A stretch of DNA of 60,000 nucleotides from Schmidtea polychroa (taxonomy: Eukaryota), in contig CM097885.1 in NCBI GenBank assembly GCA_044892525.1, positions 25,980,001-26,040,000 on the forward strand, read 5' to 3'. The notes under the pieces were generated by a model, which did no database searches, was not told the DNA's origin, and saw nothing but the letters and a program-made list of their open reading frames with translations. Shown here in pieces: positions 25,954 through 38,760 of the stretch (its first letter is position 1; every line of letters begins with the position of its first letter). Made by a program: the position numbers and the translations under genes.

Positions 25954-27041
25954 TTAGTAAATTGCTCCGATCAATGTCCCGTTTGACGGAGCGTGCTCGT
26001 TTGGGTCATTCTCCCTGTTATACTCGTCTGGCTGGATTGACTGTTTTGTATTCATCATCTCATCATCAGACTCGATAGCTGCAATATCTTTTCTGTTATA
26101 TTGTTGGTTTCCCCATTGTCTTTGATGTACGTTCCTTGATTGATACATATCTTCCCTTTGTTGAGAGGTATTTCTTTGAATTCTTCCTCCTGACATCTTC
26201 CTTTGGTCTCGATCTCTTCCTTGATTTCGTCTTTCCATATTTGTGTAGCACTCTCTTTCTTTGTGTCCTCGTGCATTGCATCTATGACATTTGATTGTTG
26301 GGCATTCTCTTCGTATGTGACCTTCAACACCACATGCATAACATTGAAATCTTCTTTTTATATTACATTCTCTGCTACTGTGTCCCGGTTTTTGACACGT
26401 CCAGCATTCTATCACTTTAATTCTTGTCTCTGGTTTCCATTCGTTGATTTTTCTCTTCGTGGCTCCAACTTGTACTACATCTCTATATAAGTTCTTCCCC
26501 CAGTTGTAGGTCGTATTGATCTCACCGTGTTTACTTGTTCAATAACCTTGTTAACTTTTTCTATCTTCTTTATAGTTTCTTTAATTTGTTCCGCCGTTTT
26601 GAGATCTTTCATTTCGATTTCTTTCCTGACTTCTTTATCTTTTACACAATGTGTCAATAAACATTTCTGAATTTCTTCCTCATTCCAAGTGTGAGAGGCC
26701 AATTTTTTAGTCATTTTTGATATTTTCTCTATAAATATTTCCGCTGATTCGTTACCTTGCTCGTAGTTCAAGGCTTCTCTTAAGTCATCAATCAATGACG
26801 TTGGTCGATGAAAAGCTGCTCTTAATTTCTGTTCAACGGTTTTACCTTCTGCGGTTTCATATTCTTCAATCAAAGTCCTGTCCAGAAGTGTAATAACTAG
26901 TACCATTTGGGTCTTCACTGGTGTCTTCGTTATTTCAAAGAACCTCTGGCATTCTTTGATAAATAATTCGAGGTCATCTCCTCTGTGGAATTTTTCTGGA
27001 AGTAATCTTCCAATAAGCAGATCCGTTGGAATGGTCGCCAT
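25954..27041 (-). pseudogene. gag: Gypsy Gag with three CCHC knuckles, frameshifted near 26486
   Basis: Knuckles CWTC..GH..REC, CYAC..GH..REC and CHRC..GH..REC. Removing 2 nt from a TATA run joins the ORFs (RTYRDVVQVG...VIECW). Confidence 0.85.
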
Positions 27042-27357
27042 GTTAGAAGCTATAACATTTAATTCTTCTGTCATCAAAATAAATTACTAAGACTATTAAA
27101 TCCAAAATTATATTTCATTAAATCTGATTATATAAACAAATATTCTTGGGACATTTTCTAAATTTTAATTTCAACCAAATATCAACATACCATCGCATTC
27201 ATACTTGAATTTCAATTTTATTAAAAATTATTTTATTTTAAAATTTCAATTATCATTTCAATTTTAATATCTTAAAATAATTTAAGTTTCAATTAAAATT
27301 TTACAAATTTTAATCATGAACTAATTTAATTTAGTATTTTAATTTTAACTCCTCACA
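27041..27357 (-). repeat. 5' LTR
   Basis: Direct repeat of 22296-22612, followed by the PBS. Confidence 0.95.
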
Positions 27358-27879
27358 CTCCTAAAACAAATTATGATGTGATTTATTTAAATACTATTGT
27401 GATTAAATAATAAAACGTTGTATTCGAAATATTGCTTTTAAATGCATCCAATTAATACCAGAAGTCCTGTGCCTAACAGGTTTAAAAGGAATCCATCTGA
27501 AATGAATTGATAAACCTTTTACATAGTTTCCATGGATCTAAATCTTTTTATCAATATATTTCAGATAATAAATGCTGGACCCTCAGGAAATAAGGATGAA
27601 GCAGAGACTAAGTCATCAACCTTTATCACTTTGGTACCAGCTTCAGCTACTTCATCAACAAATATTTAGAATCGTTGTAAATCTCTAATTTAAAAATACA
27701 AATTATAAATATAAAAGCCCCTATTATGATTTTTGCAACATTTCTTAATCATTGGGTCGGGAAACAGTGGCGTGCCGTGAGGTTCTTGCGCCTGGGGGCA
27801 ACTGAGAAATTAGCGCCCCCTTATATATATATATATATTTAATTTAATTTTTTTAAAGAATATTAATGACGAATGTACG

Positions 27880-29880
27880 CACGCTTGATTTTGTGAGTAT
27901 TTTTCGGGGAAATCAAAAATTCGAATATAATACGCATAACTTTTGAAACTTTTATAGATCAACAAGATATAATTATTTATTATAATTTTTAATAAAAAGC
28001 ACAAAAATTCAAATTCGGTAGAAAAGCAACTTAAATTAAGCAACTCATTCTTAATCACTATCACCAGAATGCAGCTCACCTAGTGTTGTTGCGTCTATTT
28101 CATAATTATTGTTGCCGTCGTAATAAATATTGTCATCATCATCCTCATGTGACGACACTTGCCCACCATCACATAATATGTCGTCCTCATTACCGTCCAA
28201 ATTATTCGATATGCAATATTTCAGGAAGCCATGTTTAATAATAGACAAATCTAATTCATTTCATGCCGAAAGTATCCATTTTGCAACTTCTAAAAGAGTC
28301 GGTTGGCGCATACTGCCACCTGCCGTATATATGTGATTACCGTCGCCTAACCAAGCATTCCATTTACGGTGGATAGCTTTTTTCATCGACTTATTGATAG
28401 AAACATATAAAGGTTGAAATAGGCTGGGTAAGTCATCCGGAATTATGACCAGATCCAACTTTAATTGGTTCATTTCCTTTTGAATAGAAGGCATCTGATA
28501 ACCCCGAAACGAATCGAACACCAACATGGAAGGTAATTTTCGTAAACCATTTGTACGAAGCCCCCAAATGCGTTTCAACCAATCAATAGTCATCCATCCA
28601 GTCCTTCTCATGGACACGGATATGTACACCTTTTGGAAATTATAGTTTTGGAAGTTTCTGCCTTTTAAAAACTATGTACAGCGGCAACTTTCCTCCATCT
28701 GCGGTGCATTCCAGCATGACAGTGAAGTGAGACTTCTCGTCTCCAGTTGTTCGAATTGACACAGTTTTCTCACCATTCGCGTTTATTGTTCTGTTGTATG
28801 GTATATCAGAAGTCAGGAGTGTTTGATCGGCGTTTCCAATCTGTAAATGGTCATACTTGTGTTCCTTTCTCAATTTTAGCACAAACTTTTGGAACTCCAG
28901 TAGTTTATCTTCCTGGTCGTTTGAAAGATGCTGCGCGGTTGTGGTTCTACGAACAGAAAGCGCATGTCGTTTTGAAACTAATTAACGAATTGAAACGAAT
29001 TGCCCATCCGTATGAAGCTTTGAATTCTAATTTTAAATCTAATTTCAATACACGAAACCCCGGTACCTTGTTGTCTCATATTCACCATCCACTTCATTAA
29101 AATGTTTTCTTTCTCTGGAAAATTAGACGATAGGCCTCGATTCGCATTTTTCTTCTTATGCATGGTTTGGAGGATTTAATTGTTTTCTTCTCCATAATCG
29201 ACAATTTGCTTCATTTATTGTAAAATGGTGACAGGCGACTTGATTTCCGTGAGACTCTGCATATTTAATAATTGATAGTCTTTCTGCTGCTGTATGACAC
29301 CGTCGTGAAGCCATTTTGAATTGAACTCTATTTTCCGGTGAACTGAATACCTGTTTAATAGAAAATATGTGGATGAATCAATGGAGGCAAATGTGCGCAA
29401 TAGTTTACCGTAATGGCTTGTCTTGTTAGCATATCTCACTCTTACTACAGACACAAATTATCTCTCTTTCAAAGTATAAAGTGATGGTTACTTAGTAGCA
29501 GCCTTAATAAAATTTTAAAACAATTTATTGATAATTTAAGTTTTTACTGTGAATAATATATTTAATACAAATGAAAAAAGTTTCGACTATAAGATAGTCC
29601 TTTGAAAAGAACTATCTTATAGTCGAACATTTTTTCATTTGTATTAAATATATTATTCGCAGCAAAAGGCTTAAATTATCATTTAATTATTTCTCTTTCA
29701 ATGTCAACTTTAGTTTTATACATACATTTGATATGGACAGCGTCTTCCAACGTAAAATTTATCACAATATACATAAGTTAAAATCCATATTTTCTTTTGT
29801 ACTCGAGATAATACGCACCCTAAATTTTTGCAGTGTAAAATTTGGAAAAAAAGTGCATATCTTACTCGAGATTTTACGGT
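27880..29880 (-). mobile_element. Degenerate pogo/Tigger-type (CENP-B HTH + DDE_1) DNA transposon
   Basis: IGNADQT, FTVMLECTADGGKLP, LVFDSFRG and LFQPLYVSINK fragments; end TA-CCGTAAAATCTCGAG near 29880. Confidence 0.85.
29528..29681. repeat. Palindromic MITE-like insert
   Basis: About 70-bp imperfect arms around a short loop near 29600-29608; one arm end recurs near 14528. Confidence 0.65.
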
Positions 29881-30260
29881 ATTATGTAGTTTCTTAATAA
29901 TTAATATCAATTTAATTTTAATAAAAAATATATAAAATAAAAAATATTTGTTTATTTATTGTTAAGATTAGAGAAATTTATAATTTTTCGTAATAATGAA
30001 TATACTAAAATAGGTCAAGTTTATATATTATAATATCCATATAATAATAAAAATAATTATTTAGAAAAAGTAAAATGTAACTAAAAGATGTACATTATAG
30101 GAATGTAGAAAAATCTTTTTTATTGTGATGAAAGAAATATTAAGACTATATAAAATTTTATGCCTGACCTAGTTTCTAGCATAATATTTATGCTGCTGCA
30201 AGTAAGTTCAAACTGCAAATCACCACATAAATTATTGTATTCTTAATTATTAGTATTAAT

Positions 30261-31150
30261 ATGGATTTGTTATTCACATTTAAGTCTGCTCTAAAGCAAT
30301 ATATTTATCCAGTCACTGGAGTAAATAAAGGTGATATTCCAGATTGGATTAAGGGATCATTGTATAGAAACGGACCTGCAAAATTCGAAGTTGGCTCTGA
30401 TAAATATAGTCATTCCTTTGACGGTCTAGCCATGGTTCAAAGGTATACTTTTACATATTAATTTTCTTCACCACATTTTCATCGTTTTTAAACGTTGATT
30501 ACACACGACAAACGTTATTGAGTTTCTCAATATATTCTGAGTTGATAATTTTAGATTATTGAAAACAATGAAAATCTGAAAAGCTTTAAAACATTTTTTG
30601 TAGAATTATTTTATCTGTAAAATAATTTTAACTAATATTGTATTTTTGGTTTCATTATTGTTTTGTTATTATATTTGTAAAAAGGATGACAAAATATTAT
30701 ATTAAACTAAAATGGGTTATCAATTATAATGAGTGATTATATTTTAGTTTTTGTTATTGAACCAATTTAGGTATTTTAGAATTTCTATTAATAATAAGAC
30801 TCGTTTTATCTTAAGGTATTATATTAATGATGGGCAAGTGACTTTTCAAAGCCAATATATTCAATCTAAATCGTATTTAAAAAATATGGCTGCTAATAGA
30901 ATTGTCGTTTCTGAGTTCGGAACTAGAGCGTACCCCGATCCGTGTCGTAGTATTTTTAATAGGTTCATTTCTCTTGGCTTATTTACATTATATAATTTTT
31001 AAAATGTTAAGATTATCGATATTTTTTGAAAATGAATTAACTGATAACACAAGCATTTGTGTTTTTCCGGTTGGAGATGAGTTATTTACATCAACTGAAA
31101 CAGACGTTATTCACAGAATTGATCCAGTTGACCTTGCAACGATCGGCAGT
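30261..31150 (+). CDS. Carotenoid oxygenase (BCO/RPE65/ninaB family), 5' exons; join(30261..30442,30816..30962,31012..31150)
   Basis: [41 protein letters not shown] and RIDPVDL motifs with phase-consistent GT-AG junctions. Downstream exons were not recognised. Confidence 0.88.
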
Positions 31151-32004
31151 GTTAGATTAATAAATTTAATTTGTAAAAGTAACATTTTCTGGTATTTTAT
31201 GGGTTAGGGGGATTTTTATTATTATTATTACATATAGCAATGATGGCTAAATAAAAATATAAATAAACTTTTAATTTTATCATAAATTTCATATCTAAGT
31301 TTAAGTTTTGCATATTATTTTGTATTATGAATTACGAAAATAAGAACGGAAAATAACAGAAATTGTAAAGAATGGCAAGAAAATTAGGAGATTTGAGAGA
31401 AATTATTAGGAATTTCGTCACATTTGTAATTTATTAATAGACTGTTATAAATAAGGTACAAGAAACATTAGAAAACTTCAAAAATTTCATGAAAAGTTGA
31501 TCAATATACTTTTTAAACGAATATCGCCCTAACAGACACAACAATAAGAGACAAATTCATAATATATCTTCTGTCAGCACTGATCTATGCTCTAAGAGTA
31601 TACGCCGTAATCCATGAAAAATCTATGATCCAATTCAACCCAACTCGTAGTTTTAAATGGAAGAAGAGTGTGAGCCACTAGAAACTTCCCTGACACAAGT
31701 GAAAATGAAAAAAACATAAGCAAACTACAACACACTTTCTTTCAAAACAGATATAAGAAAAGTTTCTCTAAAGTATTGTGGAATAATACCGAAGGAAAAT
31801 ATTGGGACTTTGGATATGTATATATATATTATTAATAATTAATTATTTATTGAAACGTTTTTTAATTGTGATTTTATATATTATCTTTTTTATTTCTAAA
31901 AAGTATTTATGCTGATTTAATTATATTGGATAAGTGGGGATTTGTAGGTGGTTGGAGAGAATTTAAGGCTAAATTTGCGGTAATCACTAATATTTAAAAT
32001 AAAC

Positions 32005-32874
32005 GGATCAACTAAAAAATTGCCCCCCCCCTTCCCAAAAAACATGTAAAATGTAAGTAAACACATTTATTAGTCTAAACGAAACAATTTTAAAACTTCA
32101 TTAAAATCATTTTTAAGAATATTGTTTCTAAACATCCACTCTACTAAATACAATGGCAATTTTTCCTTTTTAATCCCCTTCATAGATTTAATTCTACTTT
32201 TTTGTTTTACTCAGTAGTTAATAAACTGTGTTTTATGGTTTACTCCTCCAAATTTTCATTTCTTTTGATATTTAGATATCCTTTCCATTCATCAAACCAT
32301 ACAATAGATCCAGGCAAGCATATTCTGTTAATTATTGGTAATAGGGTTTTTTGAGATCTATCTGGTACAATACACATGTATCCTTTACTAGGAATATAAC
32401 TTGTAACCCATATTTTATCACTGCTGGATCTTCCTTGATGATTTTTAGGTAAGTGTCTAAACATGTATTCATCTATTCGTACGATAATACCTTCACGCAG
32501 TTTTTCATTTTCAAAATTAAACAATAATGGAATTCTTCATCTTAAAAGATCAAAAAAATTATTGATTATTGTTGGTTCCCAACATCACGTCATTTCTTGA
32601 CATTGATTAGAAAACCAGCACCGTAGTATTAACAAACAATTTTTAAGTTCTAAATCAAATTTTGCTAAACAGGAACCCGATTTGACAGATGTTGTAGTTT
32701 TAAATTTACTGCAAATGGGATTCATACACTTGCAGACATATTTATCCTTTTGTGTTGAACCTCAACCGATGTCAGTAAACAATAATTACAAGTTAATGTA
32801 TTTCTCAAGATTCCTTTTTTTCTAAAGAACGCAATTAAATTTGCTGAACTTTCCTCCCAATTTTTAGTTGATCC
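32005..32874 (-). mobile_element. Degenerate Merlin (ISXO2/IS1016-like) transposon
   Basis: IVRIDEYMF..PKNHQGR and VPDRSQKTLLPII..PGSIVWFDEWKGY; inverted GGATCAACTAAAAA ends. Confidence 0.75.
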
Positions 32875-33992
32875 AAAAAATATTTATAAAAATATATTCG
32901 ATGCCACAAAGACTAAGATATCATAAATTAAATATCAAAAATATTCAAAATTTTTTAATATATATTTTATCAAGTCCACAACAAATTCAGATTTCAGTAT
33001 ATTTATGAAGTTTTGGTGACAGTAGGGATCCTGACTGACCTTAATAAATTGCTTTCTGAATGCTTTTACTAGTAATAAATTCGTTCAGTCGGTTGTTAGC
33101 CACACCCAAACTTATCCTTTGGTTTATCCACCACTTGGTACTTTCTTTGGACTTTCTAGACACATTCATGCAGCTTGACAGAATCTTCTATTTAAACAAA
33201 CAAAAATTCCCTTTAATGATTGAAGGTAGCATTTGGATTTTTTTTTCATATTAAAACCTATATACCTTTCGCTGGACTACTTTTTGAAATCATAAAATTA
33301 TATGTCGGAACATTGAGTTTTTTCAAGTCAAAGTTCATACACCTGAAATACAGATACAATAGTCGACACAATTCTTTAGAAGTAGAACACCCTTCGCAGC
33401 CAACTGGCAATCAGACAGCGAGCCACAATTAAGAAACGTATTAAAATATGAACACTAGATGATAAACACAAATTATCTCATTATTAACGAGTGTTTATAA
33501 AAAATCATACGACCTATTACTACCTATCTTTTGTATTACAAAGACACTAAAAAATCACAAAAATACCCAAACCACAATACATATATAAAAGTTCAATGAT
33601 TTGTAAAAAAACCTTTAATTAAACTTGAAGAACTATAACGAAACAACCAGATCACATGATTGTGTATGATTGTCACTACTATCAGTATAAAGTTATAGGC
33701 GCGTGGACTCTTGTGCGCAACTAATTGGTTCTTCAGGTAAAATAAACAAACTAGTCTGACTTTGGCAACACTATGAAGCGGACTCTGTTAAGCATGAATC
33801 AACAATATTAAGTCGATTATTAAAGTTCATTAAATGGACTTTTGGAAACCGAGTAAACGCCAGCATTTTACAACTGCTTTAAAATATATCTATTTTTTTC
33901 TAATTTAGCCAGAAAAATCAAAAAGTAAAGCTCTAATGGACCGTGCATTGTTCATCCATGATCTAGAGTCTACTGTAATATATATATACTGT

Positions 33993-34231
33993 AATATACT
34001 GTAAAAATTATTTCTGAAGCACAGACTCAAGTCGATGTTATTTTTATAGTATAAAACACAATGGAAAACTCTTGTAAAGAGCAATAAACAATGGTAAAAA
34101 TATTGTCTAGATTCTAGACAATATTTTTACCATTGTTTATTGCTCTTTACAAGAGTTTTCCATTGTGTTTTATACTATAAAAATAACATCGACTTGAGTC
34201 TGTGCTTCAGAAATAATTTTTACAGTATATT
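33993..34231. repeat. Perfect palindrome with 119-bp arms and a 1-nt spacer
   Basis: Symmetric about 34112 (TCTAGA-T-TCTAGA). Confidence 0.9.
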
Positions 34232-35754
34232 TCTTATGAAATACAAACATACAGTCATGTTGGATTTGAATTGACAAGTAGGGTGTATTTCTAGGATAAT
34301 GTTTTTGTTTAGCAAAACTGGTATTTTGTTCTCTATAATGATCCGAGTTTAAAAAATGCTCCTATATTTAATTTTTCTACACTCCGTGTTAAAATTCGTA
34401 TTAATTTATATAAAATTTATTAGCTTGGTAATGTATCCATGATTCTCTATAGCTACTTTATTCCAGTGATACAGTAATAAAAGACAAACAAATATTGTTA
34501 GAACACGTTGCACGAAGTAACTTTTTCTATCAAAATGTATTTCATTGTATATGCGGTGAATTTCAGAGCATCCAGTTAATGGAATCCACAACATTTTACC
34601 AGTACGAATGCCTTGTATCTACAAATAATTGCTCTTTCCAACTTTGATTCTTTTTTTTTTGCATGGAGACTGTATTCTAGCAATAGTCGCGTTTTTTATC
34701 TATCTGAAGGGAAATGGTGTGATTTAACCCTTAAATGCATGATTTGTCCAAGTTCAAAAATAAAAATATTTTTAAAATGTAAATATTATGCGTACAGAGA
34801 CACCTATTAGAATAATTTGAAAATACGATGGCTCGGCGTTTTGTTACACTTATGCAACACTGTGCATTATCCTTTATTGCATGTTATAAGCGTTATAAGC
34901 GCTTAAATAAATTGTTGCAGATATGCAAAAAAATACATTCAAGGATTAATGCTAAATATTGTTGGAAAATCGTGAATTTCAAAATTTACACAGATTTGAT
35001 TAATCACAAAATAATAGACTGTCTTTGTCCGATAAATTTTTCCAAGTTTTTCTACAACTATCATTGAAGTTTTTACATTTAACAGGGATTCTCCAATGCC
35101 TATTTTCACAAATCCGAAATTTAATAAAATCTTTATGCAAATAGCAAACAAACTTCGACAGAATCAAATAAAAATTGCCTATATGTTATATCTAAATACC
35201 AGGGATGTCTAGATTTTTTAACAGTAGCACAGTGATTCCATCCAGTAACCAAAATTACACCATGTGTTTACAGGGTTTGAGTCAGTGGGTGTACATAATC
35301 ATTTTCGCAAACTGCTTACCTAACCTGTTAATCCTGTAAAGAAAATATCCTGGTTCAATCAAAACTCTCATATCTTTGTGTCCTATGTGCCATTTGTACG
35401 GGTTGTATTGTTATACTTGTAAGTGTAAGCTGACTTAACAGAAAAAGGCTTCTATATTTACGCACATAAGGATTAGAAAACTTAAATTCATTATTAACTC
35501 TTTAATTAAATTCGGGGAGTTTAAAATCTATAACAATTTTTCAATTGAAGCGCATGTTGATACTCGGCTCTTATGTTGAGCATTAACATGAATATAACAT
35601 CTTTTGAAAGACCAACTGAATAAGAGTTATTTGATTTTTTAATTTTCTTTCTCGCGTTTTAAAGTGGATGGAATTACAATGTCTTTTCTATGCTGTCCTT
35701 ACGATGAAAACAATTTTCGAGGCATTTATTTTGGCATAAAATCTTTCAATATCC

Positions 35755-38700
35755 TTACAGTAAATATTTCGATGAACTAGTTAAAAAGGCTATGAAAATT
35801 GAATTGAATCTAAAGAGCTCTAAAAATAAATTTGAGGTATTTGCGATAATTTCAGTACAAAGAGAGATCAATAACCACAACCCAAGATAATTGAAAATCA
35901 GGAAATTGATTCCAACGATCGAAAAACCCATCGCCCAAATGGGGAAACGAGAATAATGTGAACAGAACAAGCCAAAATTCACTAGGCACTGAGAGACCTA
36001 GAATTCTTCAGTGTGATATTTGTAAGAAAATTGGTCATTATACAAACCAGTGTTGGTTTAAAAATAATTCTGAAAGAGCAACCAGGAGATTGAGTCCAGA
36101 ATGGCAAAGAGATGATAGAGGAACAAATTTTCGGAGAACAATTCCTAATGTTAAGTCAAATTTATGAGGTACAATGTTATCGCTGTGGTAGAAAAAAACA
36201 TGTTTCTAGAAATTGTTTTCCAAGATCAAGATCACCATCACTACAGAGAGACAATGTGAATTTAAATGAGCATATTCAATGTTATTTGTACAGAAATTAT
36301 GGACATATTGCAAGATCTTGCCCCAGGAATTCCGATAAATTTCAAAGACCGATTTTGAAACGAACAATTAGATTTCAAGATGAAAACCAATCAAAGAATA
36401 ACATTGCTTATGTTCAGAAAGATAAATTTAGAGAGAAAATAGAGAACGATGTTAAACAATTGAATCAAAAATTGAATAAATTGATAGCAAAATTTGAATC
36501 AGATGAAGAAACAGATGATCATATCATGACGAGACGAAAACTGAAGACAGGTGAATCAAAACTGGATGATGTTACAAGAAATAGAGTTAAAACTGATATG
36601 CAAAGTCAAAAGAGTACCATACTTATTGCTAAGGCTAGAAAATTAGTAACAGAACCTGACGCAAACAATCAGAAATTGACAGAAGTGTTAATGAAGCTAA
36701 TGAAGCTAAGGAAAATACCGTTGAGTTTAACAAAAATTAAAGCCTTTATTAAACTTTGTGTAGAATGTTATGCAGCAAGTGTGGAAAAGCAAAGGTATTC
36801 GAAAACTTTATGAAAGAATTTGGCCAATCTCTGAGAAAAATTAAATGGTTAGACCCGGTATTCATTAGAACAAATGCATCAGACGGCACCAAATCCGATT
36901 ATCAAATTGAACCATACGACAAAGTGCACGAGCTAAAAAGAGAAATAATGCACAAGTGGAACTTAGATTTTATGGTGTTGGTAGATTATGGATTGATTCC
37001 CAGTGTTAAAAATGAGATAAAAATAATGAGCATGATTGCCAATGAGAAACCAGTCAAATATGATGTCGATAAAATCAAATTTGAATTAAATGAAGCATTG
37101 TTGAAGGAAAATACAGGTGATATTAAACATAAATTAAATAATATTTTAAATTTAGAACTTGAATTGGAAAATAAATTAAAAAATTTAGACTATGTCAGAC
37201 CCTATGTGAATTATGATAATAAATATAGTGAAATGATAAAAACGCTTATTCGAAAATTTGGACAAGAATTACATGTTGTTGTATAATAGGCAATAGTGTT
37301 TGAAAAGATCGATTAGGAACAACAAGCATTAGACCTTTTGCAGGCACATAAGTAGAATCCACAATTCCAAACACCCAGATCTCATGATCCGTTGCTCTTC
37401 CTCTGTGGTATTTTGGTTTATGCCTGAACATTGATTCATCAAGATTAATAATATGTCCAGGACCACCAATCATTTCAATATTTTCCACATAATAATCATG
37501 GCATAAACCACGCAATTTTCCATATAATTTATATAATACCTTTTCTGCACAATCAAGTTCCGATAGAAAGGTTGAACAACATACTTCTTGAGAAAATTTC
37601 CAAAAAAATTTCCAAATATCCTTAAAGGTGATGTTAAAATTGTCCAAAAAACTTTCTGTTCTAACAGATTTTGTAGTTTTATATTTTGAACAATCTTTCT
37701 TTGAACAAAATAAAACTCTACCATCTTTTACTTTTTTACAAATCCTCACCTTCATTCTTTCATTACAGTAATTACATTTTATTTCTCTTTTCAAAATGCC
37801 AATATTCAGCAAAAATTCATATTGGAAATCAACATTACCAACTATTATTTGTTCCAGTATTTCAGTGTAAAAATTTTGCATTGAAAGGATTAAAAAATAG
37901 GAATTATAAAAATACAATCAATATTTTTAAATTTATTAAATTAATAAAATTTATTTAATTAAAATTAATGGTCAAATTTCCCCCCAGGGGGAAATTTGAC
38001 TTATGATCCTTTCTAATTTGTAATTCGAGGACGAATTTTTTGAAAGAGGAAGATATGTTGAGGATACCTAAATAACAAATTTATAAATAAATAAAATTAC
38101 TTGTGGAAAAATCGTCATGACAAACGGGGCGATCTGTGGGAACTCGGAAGTATGGGATAACGGAAGTAAAAAGAAATGAGGAAGAATGAAACAAAAGAAA
38201 TCAGACAAAGAAACAAAAACAAAGGTCAGTACTAATAAAATGGGAACAGTCAGGAAATGCAGGAGAAATAAAAGTGGAAATATTTGATTTTCTCGTGTGC
38301 CACAAATAAAACAAGCTGTATAAAGAGAAACCGTTGACCAAGAAATTGACACAAAAGAGAAACAAAAATTGAGACAAAACCGAGACAAAAGACAGAGTCA
38401 GACGAAGCGTTATTGGAAAACGATTTGTGAAGAATAATTGCGGAAAAGAATTAGTTGAGAAATAAACGAAAAGAAGTTATTTGAATAAAGTTGTGAAGAA
38501 GGTAAAAGAAAACAACCAACTAAAAGTCCCAGTCGATAAACCAATCAGTAGTTAGTGATCTTTCAATCCGGTGTTGTACACGAGTGCTATTCTTCACTGA
38601 GTGTTGAAATAAGCATTGTATAGTCACCGAGCAGAATGTTTAATTGATTGTCAGTGTAAAGTGAAAGTTATTTGTTATTATCAATAAAGATTTCTGTTGT

Positions 38701-38760
38701 CAAGTCTTATTTGTGGGTCAGTCAAAAACACGCTTGGAGTCAGAGTAAGAATTTGACTGA
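35755..38760 (+). mobile_element. Decayed LTR retrotransposon remnant (gag-like knuckles, PPT plus LTR-like end), interrupted by Merlin
   Basis: CDICKKIGH..QC and CYRCGRKKH..NC knuckles; NSRTNFLKEED/PPT followed by TGTTGAGG at 38056. Boundaries approximate. Confidence 0.6.
37255..38009 (-). mobile_element. Truncated Merlin (ISXO2-like) transposase with left end
   Basis: Zn ribbon CNYC..CSKKDC and IGGPGHIINLDESMF..KPKYHRGR..WVFG motifs; end GGATCATAAGTCAAATTTCCCCC at 38009. Confidence 0.85.

Larger units (their letters stand above)
22296..27357 (-). mobile_element. Full-length Gypsy/Ty3 LTR retrotransposon, recent insertion
   Basis: Two 317-bp TG..CA LTRs, nearly identical (one mismatch seen). 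5-bp TSD CTCCT at 22291-22295 and 27358-27362. PBS TGGCGACC, PPT AAAAAAGGGGGA, PR-RT-RH-IN order. Confidence 0.97.
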
